Shown piece after piece: positions 18,101 through 27,322 of a stretch of 64,000 nucleotides of DNA. Every line of letters starts with the position of its first letter. The first letter of the stretch is position 1. This stretch comes from Verrucomicrobiota bacterium (GTDB lineage: Bacteria; Verrucomicrobiota; Verrucomicrobiia; Limisphaerales; Palsa-1400), in the NCBI GenBank assembly GCA_049510745.1, contig JBEKYR010000005.1:96001-160000 (forward strand), written 5' to 3'. The notes under the pieces are model-generated. The model did not search any database, had not been told where the DNA came from, and saw nothing but the letters and a program-made list of their open reading frames with translations. The position numbers and the translations under genes were made by a program.

Positions 18101-19376
18101 CAGCATTTACAAACCCAAGGGGTCGCGGATATGGCGCTGGAGATTCCGGCAGGTCCCTGCCGATGGCAAAATTGAAGATGTATCGCTTGGGACATCTGAG
18201 AAACAGGTGGCGGAAAAACGGCAGGGTGAGCGGCGGCGAGAAAAGGAGCTTGAAAGAGGGGGGTTCATTCCTCCAAAGGCTATACGTGATGCGTCACACC
18301 GCAAGCTGTCGGACCATTTGCAAGACTTCCTGGGCGATATGCGCCGGCGGGGGAAGTCGGAAAAGTATCTGGCAAACCTTGAATTCCGTGTTGGCAGACT
18401 GATTTCGGATTGCGCTTGGAACACAGCAAGCGACGTTTCGGCTGATTCATTCCAAGCCTGGTTGCGTAGGCGACAGGAATTGAAGGACAAGACGGCGAAT
18501 GATTATTTAGAAGCTGCGCGGTGTTTTTTTAACTGGCTGGTGAAACTCGGTCGGGCGGGGTCTAATCCTCTGCTGTCGGTGGAAAAGGCAAAAACGAAAG
18601 GCGGCAAAGCACAGGGGCGCCGGGCGTTTAGTGATGACGAAATGGTGCGTTTGCTGGCTGTTGCTGGCGAGCGCAAGGCGGTTTACCTGATGGCGGTCCA
18701 TACGGGCTTGCGGAGAGGGGAATTGGCGGCGCTCAAGTGGGGAGACTTGCATCTGGATGCGGTGACACCGTTTGTCAACGTCCGGGCATCGACAACTAAG
18801 AACGGCAAGGCTGCGGATATGCGATTGCTTCCTGAATTGGTGGCAGCACTGGCTGAACTTAAAACCAACGGGACAAATGGCGATGACCTTGTTTTCAAGC
18901 GGATTCCCCGGATTGAGAGGTTTTACAGGGACTTGAAAAAAGCCGGGATTGCGCTCAAGGACGCATTTGGACGCAAGGCCGTCTTTCATTCCCTGCGGCA
19001 TACATTCGGGACTAATCTGGCGCGGGGTGGAGTGGCAAGCCGGGTTGCAATGGCTCTGATGCGGCACAGTGACCGAAGATTGACGGATCAGATTTACACT
19101 GATGAAAACCTGCTCGGCACCTGGGCGGCGTTCGACAGTCTGCCCAATTATGGGGAGCGAGCCTCACAAATAGCCTCACAGATTTTAGTCGCAACGGGTC
19201 AAAACGTGTCATTGCCTGTCACAACGAGTGCCGGGCCGGAAGTGGCAAAAACCCTTGTAAACATTGGCGATTGTCACGTTTTGGCACTGCCTGGCACAAC
19301 GGGTCATAATGCGGGGAATGGCGGGAGTGGCGGGGCTCGAACCCGTAACCTCTGCCGTGACAGGGCAGCGCTCTAA
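18093..19376 (+). CDS. Tyrosine recombinase/integrase
   Basis: TGLRRGEL (R), TKNGK (K), FHSLRH (HxxR), MRHSD (H), QIYTD (Y); the ORF reads through att into the tRNA antisense. Confidence 0.96.
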   Translation: MINSIYKPKGSRIWRWRFRQVPADGKIEDVSLGTSEKQVAEKRQGERRREKELERGGFIPPKAIRDASHRKLSDHLQDFLGDMRRRGKSEKYLANLEFRVGRLISDCAWNTASDVSADSFQAWLRRRQELKDKTANDYLEAARCFFNWLVKLGRAGSNPLLSVEKAKTKGGKAQGRRAFSDDEMVRLLAVAGERKAVYLMAVHTGLRRGELAALKWGDLHLDAVTPFVNVRASTTKNGKAADMRLLPELVAALAELKTNGTNGDDLVFKRIPRIERFYRDLKKAGIALKDAFGRKAVFHSLRHTFGTNLARGGVASRVAMALMRHSDRRLTDQIYTDENLLGTWAAFDSLPNYGERASQIASQILVATGQNVSLPVTTSAGPEVAKTLVNIGDCHVLALPGTTGHNAGNGGSGGARTRNLCRDRAAL

Positions 19377-19395
19377 CCAATTGAGCTACACCCCC
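19319..19395 (-). tRNA. tRNA-Asp (GTC)
   Basis: GGGGGTGTAGCTCAATTGGTTAGAGCGCTGCCCTGTCACGGCAGAGGTTACGGGTTCGAGCCCCGCCACTCCCGCCA folds as a 77-nt cloverleaf with anticodon GTC and encoded CCA. Confidence 0.97.
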
Positions 19396-19484
19396 GCTCA
19401 GGAACCCAAAACCTAACCAATCCTTCGCCCCCAGTCAATGGCGAACCCGCGGTTCGCTGATTCGTCCTTCGTCATTTCCCCCGG

Positions 19485-20954
19485 TCAATCAACGCTTGCC
19501 CTCCTGTGGCGGCGACGCCTGCCCAAACCTGGGATTCCCCCTGGCTGCGGGAGGACCGACTCCGCCCGCGCGAAGTGGAGCACATTGCTCACCTCGGGCT
19601 GGACGCCGGTGAAAACGATTTCCAGCCCCTGTTGCAGGCCGCTCTCCCTGGCCCGCAGCATCAGCCAGGCGCCGGCGCTGTCAATGAATTTCAGGGCGGA
19701 GAGGTCAATCAAAAAACGGCTGCCGGCCTTGGCCCGCGCCGCGATCTGGCTTTGCGTCGAACGCCACACCTGCTCCACGTTGGCCGCGGTGATTTCCCCC
19801 TGCCAGAAGACCGAGGGGCGCCACGGAAAATAATTGGGCCGCGCCAGGACCGGCCGCGCGGGGGCGGGATTCTCCATCAGTTCGGCCGCCGCCGCCATGT
19901 CCGCCGCCACGGTGAAGAGGCCCTCCAGGCGCATCCACCGCAGCGCGGCGCGCGCCGCTGGGCTGGGCGAGAGGAGGATCACTTTGCGATGGGACAACCG
20001 CGCCCGCTGCCGCAAAGCCAGCAGCAGCCCGGCGCCAGTGCTGTCAATATAAACCACGTTCGACAGGTCCAGCAGGCAATAACGCCCGTCCGCCAGGGCT
20101 GCTTCGCACGACGCCCGGTCGCGCCGCGCCGCCGCGCCGTCCAGCCGCGCGGGCATCCTGATCCGCTGCCAATTATTGCGGGGCCGGAGCGCCGCCTGCG
20201 TAACCGCGCCGGCGGGCGCGTGGACTTGTCGAAGCTGTATCCGCCACCATTGCTGGGCGATGGCCAGGGCGAAGACGGCCAGGTTCCGCGCCGCGCGGCC
20301 CCAGTGGCGCCCAGGCTCGCCCCGGACGCGGCCCCTCACCGCCTCCATCGCCGCGCCGACGCCCACCGCGATCGGCACACCGAGCGAACGATAGTGCATT
20401 GCGATCCACTTTTCCTCTTTGGGACAGCCAAAGGAGACGAACAACAGGTCGGGGCCGGCCTGCTTGATTCGCCGGCAAATGTCTTCGTGGTCCATTTCCA
20501 GCAAAGGCGCGCCGGGCGGCGCGTACGAGCCGGCGACGATCAAATCCGGATGCCGGGCGCGCAGTTTCGCGCAGGCGTCGGCGGTGGATTCGGGCGTGCC
20601 GCCCAGGAAAAAGACGCGGTATTTCCTGCGCGCCGCGACCTGGAGCAGCAACGGAACAAGGTCAGCCCCTGCGACGGGCCTGGGCAGGGGATTGCCCAGC
20701 AGGCGCGAGGCCCAAACCAACGGCCGCTCATCGGCCAGCACCAGATGCGCGTCGGTCAAGATGCGGTGCAATTCGATGTCGGAGAGCGCCTGCACCAAAA
20801 AGCCGACGTTGGCGGCGACCAAATGATGCGGTTGGCGGGAGGCGACCATTTGCTCGATCAACTCGACGGTTTGGGCGGCGGTGACGTTGTCGAACGGCAC
20901 GCCCAGGAGCACGATAGGCTGGGCGGCGGCATCGGGTTGGGGAACGGTGCTCAT
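19485..20954 (-). CDS. WecB/TagA/CpsF glycosyltransferase-like domain fused to two STAS domains
   Basis: LLGVPFDNVT, VAGADL, FFLGG, PDLLFVSFGCPK.EKW; two 'DLS....IDS.G' STAS motifs. Confidence 0.88.
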   Translation of the reverse strand: MSTVPQPDAAAQPIVLLGVPFDNVTAAQTVELIEQMVASRQPHHLVAANVGFLVQALSDIELHRILTDAHLVLADERPLVWASRLLGNPLPRPVAGADLVPLLLQVAARRKYRVFFLGGTPESTADACAKLRARHPDLIVAGSYAPPGAPLLEMDHEDICRRIKQAGPDLLFVSFGCPKEEKWIAMHYRSLGVPIAVGVGAAMEAVRGRVRGEPGRHWGRAARNLAVFALAIAQQWWRIQLRQVHAPAGAVTQAALRPRNNWQRIRMPARLDGAAARRDRASCEAALADGRYCLLDLSNVVYIDSTGAGLLLALRQRARLSHRKVILLSPSPAARAALRWMRLEGLFTVAADMAAAAELMENPAPARPVLARPNYFPWRPSVFWQGEITAANVEQVWRSTQSQIAARAKAGSRFLIDLSALKFIDSAGAWLMLRARESGLQQGLEIVFTGVQPEVSNVLHFARAESVLPQPGGIPGLGRRRRHRRASVD

Positions 20955-21423
20955 GGCGTCAAGAAGTCTGGCGCCCTTGCCGCGCTTCGCGCCCCTCCCC
21001 CCACTCGGAAGTTACGCAAAGGTTCGATGGGCGGCAAGGGCGCCGCAATGTCTCCAACATGTTCTGAGTTCATGTCTCGCCTGCCTGTCACGCCGCGCTC
21101 CTGGCGTCGGTGGGTTAAAATCCAGATTCCCGCTGCCGATCCGAAAGCATTCCCACCCGAGCGTGACAACAATTCATCGGCAGGTTCCGGCATTTTGTTA
21201 AATTTCGGGTCAGGGAACAACTGAGGCAGCGCCTTAAAAAGAGCGGCAAAAATTGCCCACTGCATGGACAGGAAGAGATTTCGATTTGAAATCAACTTGA
21301 TGAATTTGTCGAGCGTTGTAAACTTGCTTCGTGCGCAAAACAAAAGAAACCGCGTATCAACTCACCCGCCATCATTTAGTCCACATTCTTCGCGAGGAAG
21401 CGCAGTCGAACAGCGTCCACTCG

Positions 21424-22302
21424 ATGACGATTGGCGATTACACCGATGCGATCATTTGCGGCGATGCAGAGTCCACGGTGCGCGCCCTGCCATCCGAATC
21501 CGTCAACGCGATTATCACGAGTCCGCCTTATTACCAACAGCGGGATTACGGCGCGGGGTTGCAAATTGGAAACGAATCTTCGCCGGAAGCTTACGCGCAA
21601 AAGTTGGCGGGCGTTTTCCGCGAATGTTTCCGAGTGCTGGCGAAGGATGGCACGTTGTGGTTGAACCTCGGAGACAAATACAAGGAGGGGCGGTTGTTGG
21701 GAATGCCGTGGCGCGTCGTGTTCGCCTTGGAAAGCCTCGGCTGGATTCTCAGGTCTGACATCATTTGGCATAAAACCAACGCCATGCCCGCTTCGGTGAA
21801 GAACCGCCCGACGACGGATCACGAATACGTCTTTATGTTTTCCAGGTCGCCGGATTATTTCTACAACGCCGACGCCATTCGTGAACCGCACGTCACGTTC
21901 ACGGAAAAAAGCAGGATGAGGGGCGGGCGCGGGCATTTCGGAAAACGGGGAGGAACGCCGGAGCAAGGCAAGAACGGCGGAAATCCCAATCTCCACAATG
22001 GGCGCTGGGACCAGGCGTTTCATCCGTTGGGCAGAAACAAAAGAACCGTTTGGCAGATTCCTCTGTCAAAATTCCCGGAGGCTCACTTCGCGGTGTTCCC
22101 GGAAAAGTTGGTTGAAACCTGTGTTATGGCTGCGACGAAGCCAAACGGTTTGGTCCTCGACCCGTTCGCTGGCAGCGGCACTGTTGCAATTGTAGCCCAG
22201 CAGTTGGGGCGTCACTTCGTCGGGATTGATTGCAGCGAGAAATACTGCGCTCTGGCCAAAAAGCGTCTCGAAAAAAGCCAACTGGCATTTGGCCTGGCCT
22301 GA
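21424..22302 (+). CDS. Beta-class amino-DNA methyltransferase (probably N4-cytosine)
   Basis: TSPPY precedes VLDPFAGSGT; IIWHK.N.MP, HEYVFMF, HFAVFPEKL; alternative GTG start at 21331. Confidence 0.93.
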   Translation: MTIGDYTDAIICGDAESTVRALPSESVNAIITSPPYYQQRDYGAGLQIGNESSPEAYAQKLAGVFRECFRVLAKDGTLWLNLGDKYKEGRLLGMPWRVVFALESLGWILRSDIIWHKTNAMPASVKNRPTTDHEYVFMFSRSPDYFYNADAIREPHVTFTEKSRMRGGRGHFGKRGGTPEQGKNGGNPNLHNGRWDQAFHPLGRNKRTVWQIPLSKFPEAHFAVFPEKLVETCVMAATKPNGLVLDPFAGSGTVAIVAQQLGRHFVGIDCSEKYCALAKKRLEKSQLAFGLA

Positions 22303-22303
22303 A

Positions 22304-23182
22304 TCAGGCAAACCGCTTGAAAAATGGAATCAACTTTTCCACTTCATTTTCGAGCATCGGTCCGATGGCCTCGGTCTGGTTTGGATTGGCGCGAAGATAA
22401 ATCCAATGCTCGCACCGGAGGGATTTCAGATCTCCGCCCCAAGACTCCGCAATGATGACAGGCACGCATTCGTATCCGTTCTCATGCGCCACTGAAATTG
22501 CCTTGAAAATATCTCGTGTGAACAGATTGGCATGGCCGCCGCCCATCGTTTCGCGCGTTTTGACTGGCACAAGAATCGTTCGCTTCTTGCCGATGATCTG
22601 CACATCGAATGTTTCTTCTTTGATTCGCTTTTCGCCATCTCCGATTTCAAGCCGAACGGAGCGTCTCTCAAAAACTGTTCGGAAAGCCCCGCGAACAAGC
22701 TCCTCAAATCTCGTTCCTTTGAGCGCCCGGCGACTTCCCTCAAGCCTTGCCAGCATCACTTCGGACAACGCCGGCCACGACCAACTTTCGGCCTGCGGAA
22801 ACAATGGTCCGACGAATTTGCGCAACTGATTCAAGAGGTTTGCGCGCTTTTCATCCAGGGATTCGCCTTGCACTGAAGTCAGGAGCGGTCGCAGCCGTTG
22901 AGCAGGCGCGTCCCGTAGAATCCACGCGAGGAAATACCATTTTGCCGTCGCGTCTTTGTAAGGTCTGGCCAAACCATCAAGCAATTGAACACCGCTCCGC
23001 CTCGCCAAATAATTTCCAATGACCTTCGTCGCTTTCGCATCCGACGGCTCGTTTATGAAAACGTAAATGTTTTGATAGCCGTGCTGCTTTAAATACACGC
23101 AGAAGTCCTCATAGTATTTTTGATTCTGGCGGACGATGGCCACCAAATCTTGCAGCCGCAGATTCTCGATTATGAAGCCCAT
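22304..23182 (-). CDS. Probable type II restriction endonuclease
   Basis: Convergent with the MTase (1-bp gap), lower GC, G..FE...FDVQI...VPVKTRE PD-(D/E)xK-like core. Confidence 0.65.
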   Translation of the reverse strand: MGFIIENLRLQDLVAIVRQNQKYYEDFCVYLKQHGYQNIYVFINEPSDAKATKVIGNYLARRSGVQLLDGLARPYKDATAKWYFLAWILRDAPAQRLRPLLTSVQGESLDEKRANLLNQLRKFVGPLFPQAESWSWPALSEVMLARLEGSRRALKGTRFEELVRGAFRTVFERRSVRLEIGDGEKRIKEETFDVQIIGKKRTILVPVKTRETMGGGHANLFTRDIFKAISVAHENGYECVPVIIAESWGGDLKSLRCEHWIYLRANPNQTEAIGPMLENEVEKLIPFFKRFA

Positions 23183-23190
23183 GAAATGTT

Positions 23191-24981
23191 TCAATGATAT
23201 TCCTGCACCGTCTTGACGCCGTAGCCGCTTTTTTTGAGGGCGGCGATGCCCAGGGCGGCGGCGCGGGCGCCGCCGAGCGTGGTCATAATCGGCGTGCCCG
23301 TATAGACGGCGGTGGTGCGGATTTTCACTTCGTCGGCCCGCGGCGTCTGGCCGGCGGGGGTGTTGATGACCAGGTGAATTTCACGGTTCTTCAGCAGGTC
23401 CAGCGTGTTGGGGCGGCCTTCGGCCAGTTTGAAAACGCGCGAAACCTTCAGGCCGGCTTCCTCCAGGACTTTGGCCGTGCCCACCGTTGAAATCAGCTCG
23501 AAGCCCAGGTCGGCGAATTGCCGGGCAATGGCGGCGACTTGTTTCTTGTGCGCGTCGCTCACGCTGATGAAGACGCGCCCGCTCAAGGGCAGCGGCGCCC
23601 CGGCGGCCATCTGCGATTTGGCGTAGGCGATGCCCAAATCGGCGTCCAACCCCATCACCTCGCCCGTCGAACGCATTTCCGGCGAGAGCAAAATGTCCTG
23701 GCCCTGAAAGCGGTTGAAGGGAAAGACCGATTCCTTGACGGCCCAGTACCGGGTCCAAATCTCCCTGGTGAAACCCAGTTCGGCCAGTTTCTTTCCCGTC
23801 ATGACTTTGGCGGCCAGCTTGGCCAGGGGCACGCCGATCGCTTTGCTGACGAAGGGCACCGTGCGCGAGGCCCGCGGATTGACTTCCAACACATACACCG
23901 TTTCTCCCTTGACGGCGTATTGCACGTTCATCAAGCCGATGACGCGCAATTCCCGCGCCATGGCGTGCGTGTACTGGCGCATCGTTTCAATGACTTTGGC
24001 CGAAAGGGTGTGCGGCGGCAACACCATGGCCGCGTCGCCCGAATGCACCCCGGCAAACTCGATGTGCTCCATAAATCCCCCAATCACAATCGTGCCTTCC
24101 GCCGCGTCCGCGAAATGTCCCACGTCGGCAATGCAATCCACGTCCACCTCGGTGGCGTCTTCCAGGAATTTGTCCACCAGCACGGGCCGCTCGGGAGAAG
24201 CCTCCACCGCGACGCGCATGTAATGGTTCAACTCCGCGTCGGAATAGACGATCTGCATGGCCCGTCCGCCCAGCACAAAGGACGGACGCACCAAAACCGG
24301 GTAGCCCAGGCCGCGCGCCGCCTCCAGCGCCTCCGCTTCGTTGGTGGCCAGGCCGTTGGGCGGTTGCGGAATGGCCAGTTTATTGAGCATGGCGGCAAAG
24401 AGTTTGCGGTCTTCGGCGATCTCGATGCTTTGCGGAGAGGTGCCGATGATGTTGACGCCGTTCTTTTGCAGGCCCAGCGCCAGATTCAGCGGCGTCTGCC
24501 CGCCAAACTGCGCGATCGCCCCCCGGCATTTTTCCCGCTCGTAAATGTGCAGGACATCCTCCAGCGTCAGCGGCTCGAAAAAGAGCTTGTCGCTGGTGTC
24601 GTAATCGGTCGAAACGGTTTCGGGATTGGAATTGACCATCAACGTTTCAAAACCGTCCTCCTTCAGCGCAAAGGCGGCGTGGACACAGCAATAATCAAAT
24701 TCAATCCCCTGTCCGATGCGGTTGGGGCCGCCGCCCAGGATCATGATTTTCCGCTTGCCGCCCGGCCGGATTTCGTCGTCCCCGCAATCGTAGGTGGAAT
24801 AATAGTAGGGTGTGTAAGCCTCGAATTCCGCCGCGCAGGTATCGACCAGCCTGTAACTGGGGACCAGGCCCAGTTCCTTGCGCAAGGCGCGGACGTCCTC
24901 CTCGGATTTTCCGGTCAAACAGCCAATTTGACGATCGGAGAATCCGAGGGATTTCGCCTTGGCGAGCAATTCACGATTCAT
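23191..24981 (-). CDS. carB: Carbamoyl-phosphate synthase large subunit, C-terminal half only
   Basis: [34 protein letters not shown], second ATP-grasp, MGS domain; 596 aa. Confidence 0.92.
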   Translation of the reverse strand: MNRELLAKAKSLGFSDRQIGCLTGKSEEDVRALRKELGLVPSYRLVDTCAAEFEAYTPYYYSTYDCGDDEIRPGGKRKIMILGGGPNRIGQGIEFDYCCVHAAFALKEDGFETLMVNSNPETVSTDYDTSDKLFFEPLTLEDVLHIYEREKCRGAIAQFGGQTPLNLALGLQKNGVNIIGTSPQSIEIAEDRKLFAAMLNKLAIPQPPNGLATNEAEALEAARGLGYPVLVRPSFVLGGRAMQIVYSDAELNHYMRVAVEASPERPVLVDKFLEDATEVDVDCIADVGHFADAAEGTIVIGGFMEHIEFAGVHSGDAAMVLPPHTLSAKVIETMRQYTHAMARELRVIGLMNVQYAVKGETVYVLEVNPRASRTVPFVSKAIGVPLAKLAAKVMTGKKLAELGFTREIWTRYWAVKESVFPFNRFQGQDILLSPEMRSTGEVMGLDADLGIAYAKSQMAAGAPLPLSGRVFISVSDAHKKQVAAIARQFADLGFELISTVGTAKVLEEAGLKVSRVFKLAEGRPNTLDLLKNREIHLVINTPAGQTPRADEVKIRTTAVYTGTPIMTTLGGARAAALGIAALKKSGYGVKTVQEYH

Positions 24982-25091
24982 TCCGCGGAACTTTTCTTAA
25001 AGTCAATCGGATGAGGAGCCAACCGTTGTCCCCGCCTTTAGGCAAGAAAAATCTTTCGTTTCAAAATAATAAACAGAAAGATGCTTCCGCC

Positions 25092-25610
25092 ATGAACTCC
25101 ATGCCCGCTTTAGAGGTCGTCCAGTCGGACATCACCAGACTGGCCGTCGATGCGGTGGTGAACGCGGCCAATACCACTTTGTTGGGCGGCGGGGGAGTCG
25201 ATGGCGCCATCCACCGGGCCGCCGGCCAGCGCCTTCTGGAGGCCTGCCGCCGGCTCAACGGCTGCAAAACAGGCGACGCCAAGATCACTCCCGGTTTCGA
25301 TCTCCCGGCCCAATTCGTCATTCACGCCGTCGGCCCGGTCTGGTCCGGCGGGAAGCGGGGCGAAGCGCAATTGCTGGCCTCATGCTACCGGCGCTCCCTT
25401 GAAATCGCCGCCGAACATGGATTGAAGAGCATCGCCTTCCCGTCCATCAGCACGGGCGCTTACGGCTATCCGTTTCGCGCCGCCGCCCAGACCGCCCTCG
25501 AAACGGTGCGAAACTTCCGCCCCGATCCGAATCCGCTCCAGGAAATCATTTTCTGCTGCTTCTCCCCCGAGCATCACCGCGTCTATGTGGAATTGATTGC
25601 GGCGGAGTAG
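25092..25610 (+). CDS. Macrodomain O-acetyl-ADP-ribose deacetylase (YmdB-like)
   Basis: [45 protein letters not shown]. Confidence 0.95.
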   Translation: MNSMPALEVVQSDITRLAVDAVVNAANTTLLGGGGVDGAIHRAAGQRLLEACRRLNGCKTGDAKITPGFDLPAQFVIHAVGPVWSGGKRGEAQLLASCYRRSLEIAAEHGLKSIAFPSISTGAYGYPFRAAAQTALETVRNFRPDPNPLQEIIFCCFSPEHHRVYVELIAAE

Positions 25611-25749
25611 ATGTCGCCATTCAATTGAAATGGGAGCGCGACTGTCTCGGTCGCTCTGGCCGGCCCACGCGCAAGCCCACGCGCAAGCGTCAGCCCAACA
25701 ATTTGTTCTGATGTCCCGCCGGCCAGCCACGCCCCACAGATACTTCCGG

Positions 25750-26196
25750 TTAAGGCTTTCGCGGGCGCTTCATGATTTGGGCCACTTGACCATAAAACGC
25801 CCCTTGCAGGCTCGAAAGCTTATTATGTTCGATGTCTTCCAAGTCTCCGAGTTTGCTGGTCCATGCGCCAGACTTCAATTGGCGGGCCGCGTGCGTGACT
25901 TGGTTGAACAGGTCCCGAAAAATTGCGATTTTTTCGATTCCCTCCTCCAGCGAGTCATTATCGCAGACGATATATCCGCACTCAGCCTCGTATAGCTTTA
26001 TGAAGCTTTCGACATCCAAACTGCGGGGAATGCCGCTAGGCCAATACCTTCCAGACGTTGGGTCTGGGTCCCACTTTCTGGTGGTATCGTCTCCGGTCCA
26101 AGCGATGCAGTTGTAATCGTCGGTCTCATCGCTGGTTTTGGAATAGCCATCGACGAGAAGTTGCGGCCACTCTGCCTCAATTGCCTGGAGCGACAT
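25750..26196 (-). CDS. Hypothetical protein with possible papain-like Cys/His pair
   Basis: YNCIAW...THAARQ...WTSKLG; low GC. Confidence 0.6.
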   Translation of the reverse strand: MSLQAIEAEWPQLLVDGYSKTSDETDDYNCIAWTGDDTTRKWDPDPTSGRYWPSGIPRSLDVESFIKLYEAECGYIVCDNDSLEEGIEKIAIFRDLFNQVTHAARQLKSGAWTSKLGDLEDIEHNKLSSLQGAFYGQVAQIMKRPRKP

Positions 26197-26202
26197 CTGG
26201 TT

Positions 26203-26544
26203 TTAATCAATGAGAGAATTCTCCCTGCCCCAGGCCAACCAAGCCGCTACCGCCTCCTTAAAATTGGCGATCCCATTGGCTGGATTTCTTCTGGAAATTG
26301 CCTCAAGCGCCCAGAGCCAATCTCCGCCGCGATCTCTTAATTCTCGCAGGATCAATGGCAACGCGCCCCTGCCCATCCCGATGATTTTCTGGTAAGCCGG
26401 ATGGACCGCCTTTTGGCGGATAAAGGACATCATTCTTGTTTCGCGATACCATTGTTCGGCAAGCTCTCTGAACTCATGTTCCAACTCGAACTCAAGCCAA
26501 GACGGAACGCCGGGGGCATCGGCTGATGTTGCTTCTTCTGCCAT
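26203..26544 (-). CDS. Small helical hypothetical protein paired with the downstream gene
   Basis: FRELAEQW..HPAYQKIIGMG..ALPLIL.EL..WLWALEAI..AWLAWG; 6-bp gap to the next ORF; low GC. Confidence 0.65.
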   Translation of the reverse strand: MAEEATSADAPGVPSWLEFELEHEFRELAEQWYRETRMMSFIRQKAVHPAYQKIIGMGRGALPLILRELRDRGGDWLWALEAISRRNPANGIANFKEAVAAWLAWGRENSLID

Positions 26545-26581
26545 AATTTCTGTCAAAATATAGTCTCCTGCTTCAATATGG

Positions 26582-26756
26582 TCAATGCAATCTGCATTTG
26601 CAGAATATATCCTGATTGATTTGTTCCTGCCGCCGGTGGCGGATCATCTCACGCATGTATTCGCTCATGGAATCAAAGGCGTGCGCTTCCGAATCCGACC
26701 CGCGCGAACTCCGCCAGCTCCGGGTTCAACGAAATGCTTATGGTCACGGCTTTCAT
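26582..26756 (-). pseudogene. Frameshifted ribbon-helix-helix (ParD-like) antitoxin
   Basis: MKAVTISISLNPELAEFAR-(+1 nt)-SDSEAHAFDSMSEYMREMIRHRRQEQ matches the 'ISL......S.SEY.R..IR' RHH pattern; 175 nt. Confidence 0.6.
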
Positions 26757-26830
26757 GCCGTCAAAATAATCCGTCGGCAATGTATGTCAAAAGTCCGGTT
26801 AAGAGGCCCTCGGCGCCTGCGGCAAAAAAT

Positions 26831-26860
26831 CAAAGAGGCCGGGTTTTTGGCCCGGCCTCT
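26831..26860 (-). terminator. Terminator-like hairpin with no evident upstream CDS
   Basis: Minus strand AGAGGCCGGG-CCAAAAA-CCCGGCCTCT followed by TTGATTTTT. Confidence 0.65.
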
Positions 26861-27322
26861 CCGACTGAGAACAGAACAAACGCTTAAAAATCGTTTAGCA
26901 GACCAAGGCAGCGCCGCGGAACATTACGCTGACACACACACACGGAAACCGCATTTCGCCCCGTCAACTATCCACAGCTTACCTCATCCCGAAAAACCCG
27001 CCAGTCACCAGTACTGGGGACAAGGGCGCACACCCGTTTCCGGCAACCCCATTGTCCACAGGAGATCATGGCCCGCGGCAAACAGGCCCGCAAGAATGAC
27101 GAATGTCTAAGCTCTAATGACGAAACAATGACGAAGCCCGAATGACGAGGGTGCTTCCGGTTCCGTATTCGTCATTTTCCCCGGGCGATTGCGGCTTCCC
27201 CTCCAGCGGCAGCAACGAGTGTCCAAAGAGTGAGACGCGCGCCCAGGGCCGAAGGCCGTTCCCGATGGAATTCCGTGGAAAAATTCCGGGAAAGTGAGAC
27301 AGTATCCCTGTCAGATCATGCC

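Larger units (their letters stand above)
14386..19345. mobile_element. tRNA-Asp-integrated element (4,921-bp circle) with tyrosine integrase, Xis-like gene and HUH rolling-circle Rep
   Basis: 39-bp flanking direct repeats overlapping the tRNA 3' end, integrase adjacent to the tRNA, reduced GC, no recognisable structural phage genes. Confidence 0.93.

Noticed and set aside
14386..19345. Complete inovirus/microvirus prophage
   Set aside because: No Zot-like ATPase, small coat proteins or major capsid ORF is recognisable.
25664..25689. 12-bp tandem duplication CCCACGCGCAAG
   Set aside because: Only two copies in an intergenic gap, with no supporting context.
27097..27178. ATGACGAA short repeats as a CRISPR array or iterons
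   Set aside because: Units are ~8 bp with irregular short spacing, and there is no cas or rep gene adjacent. No CRISPR array was seen anywhere in the window.
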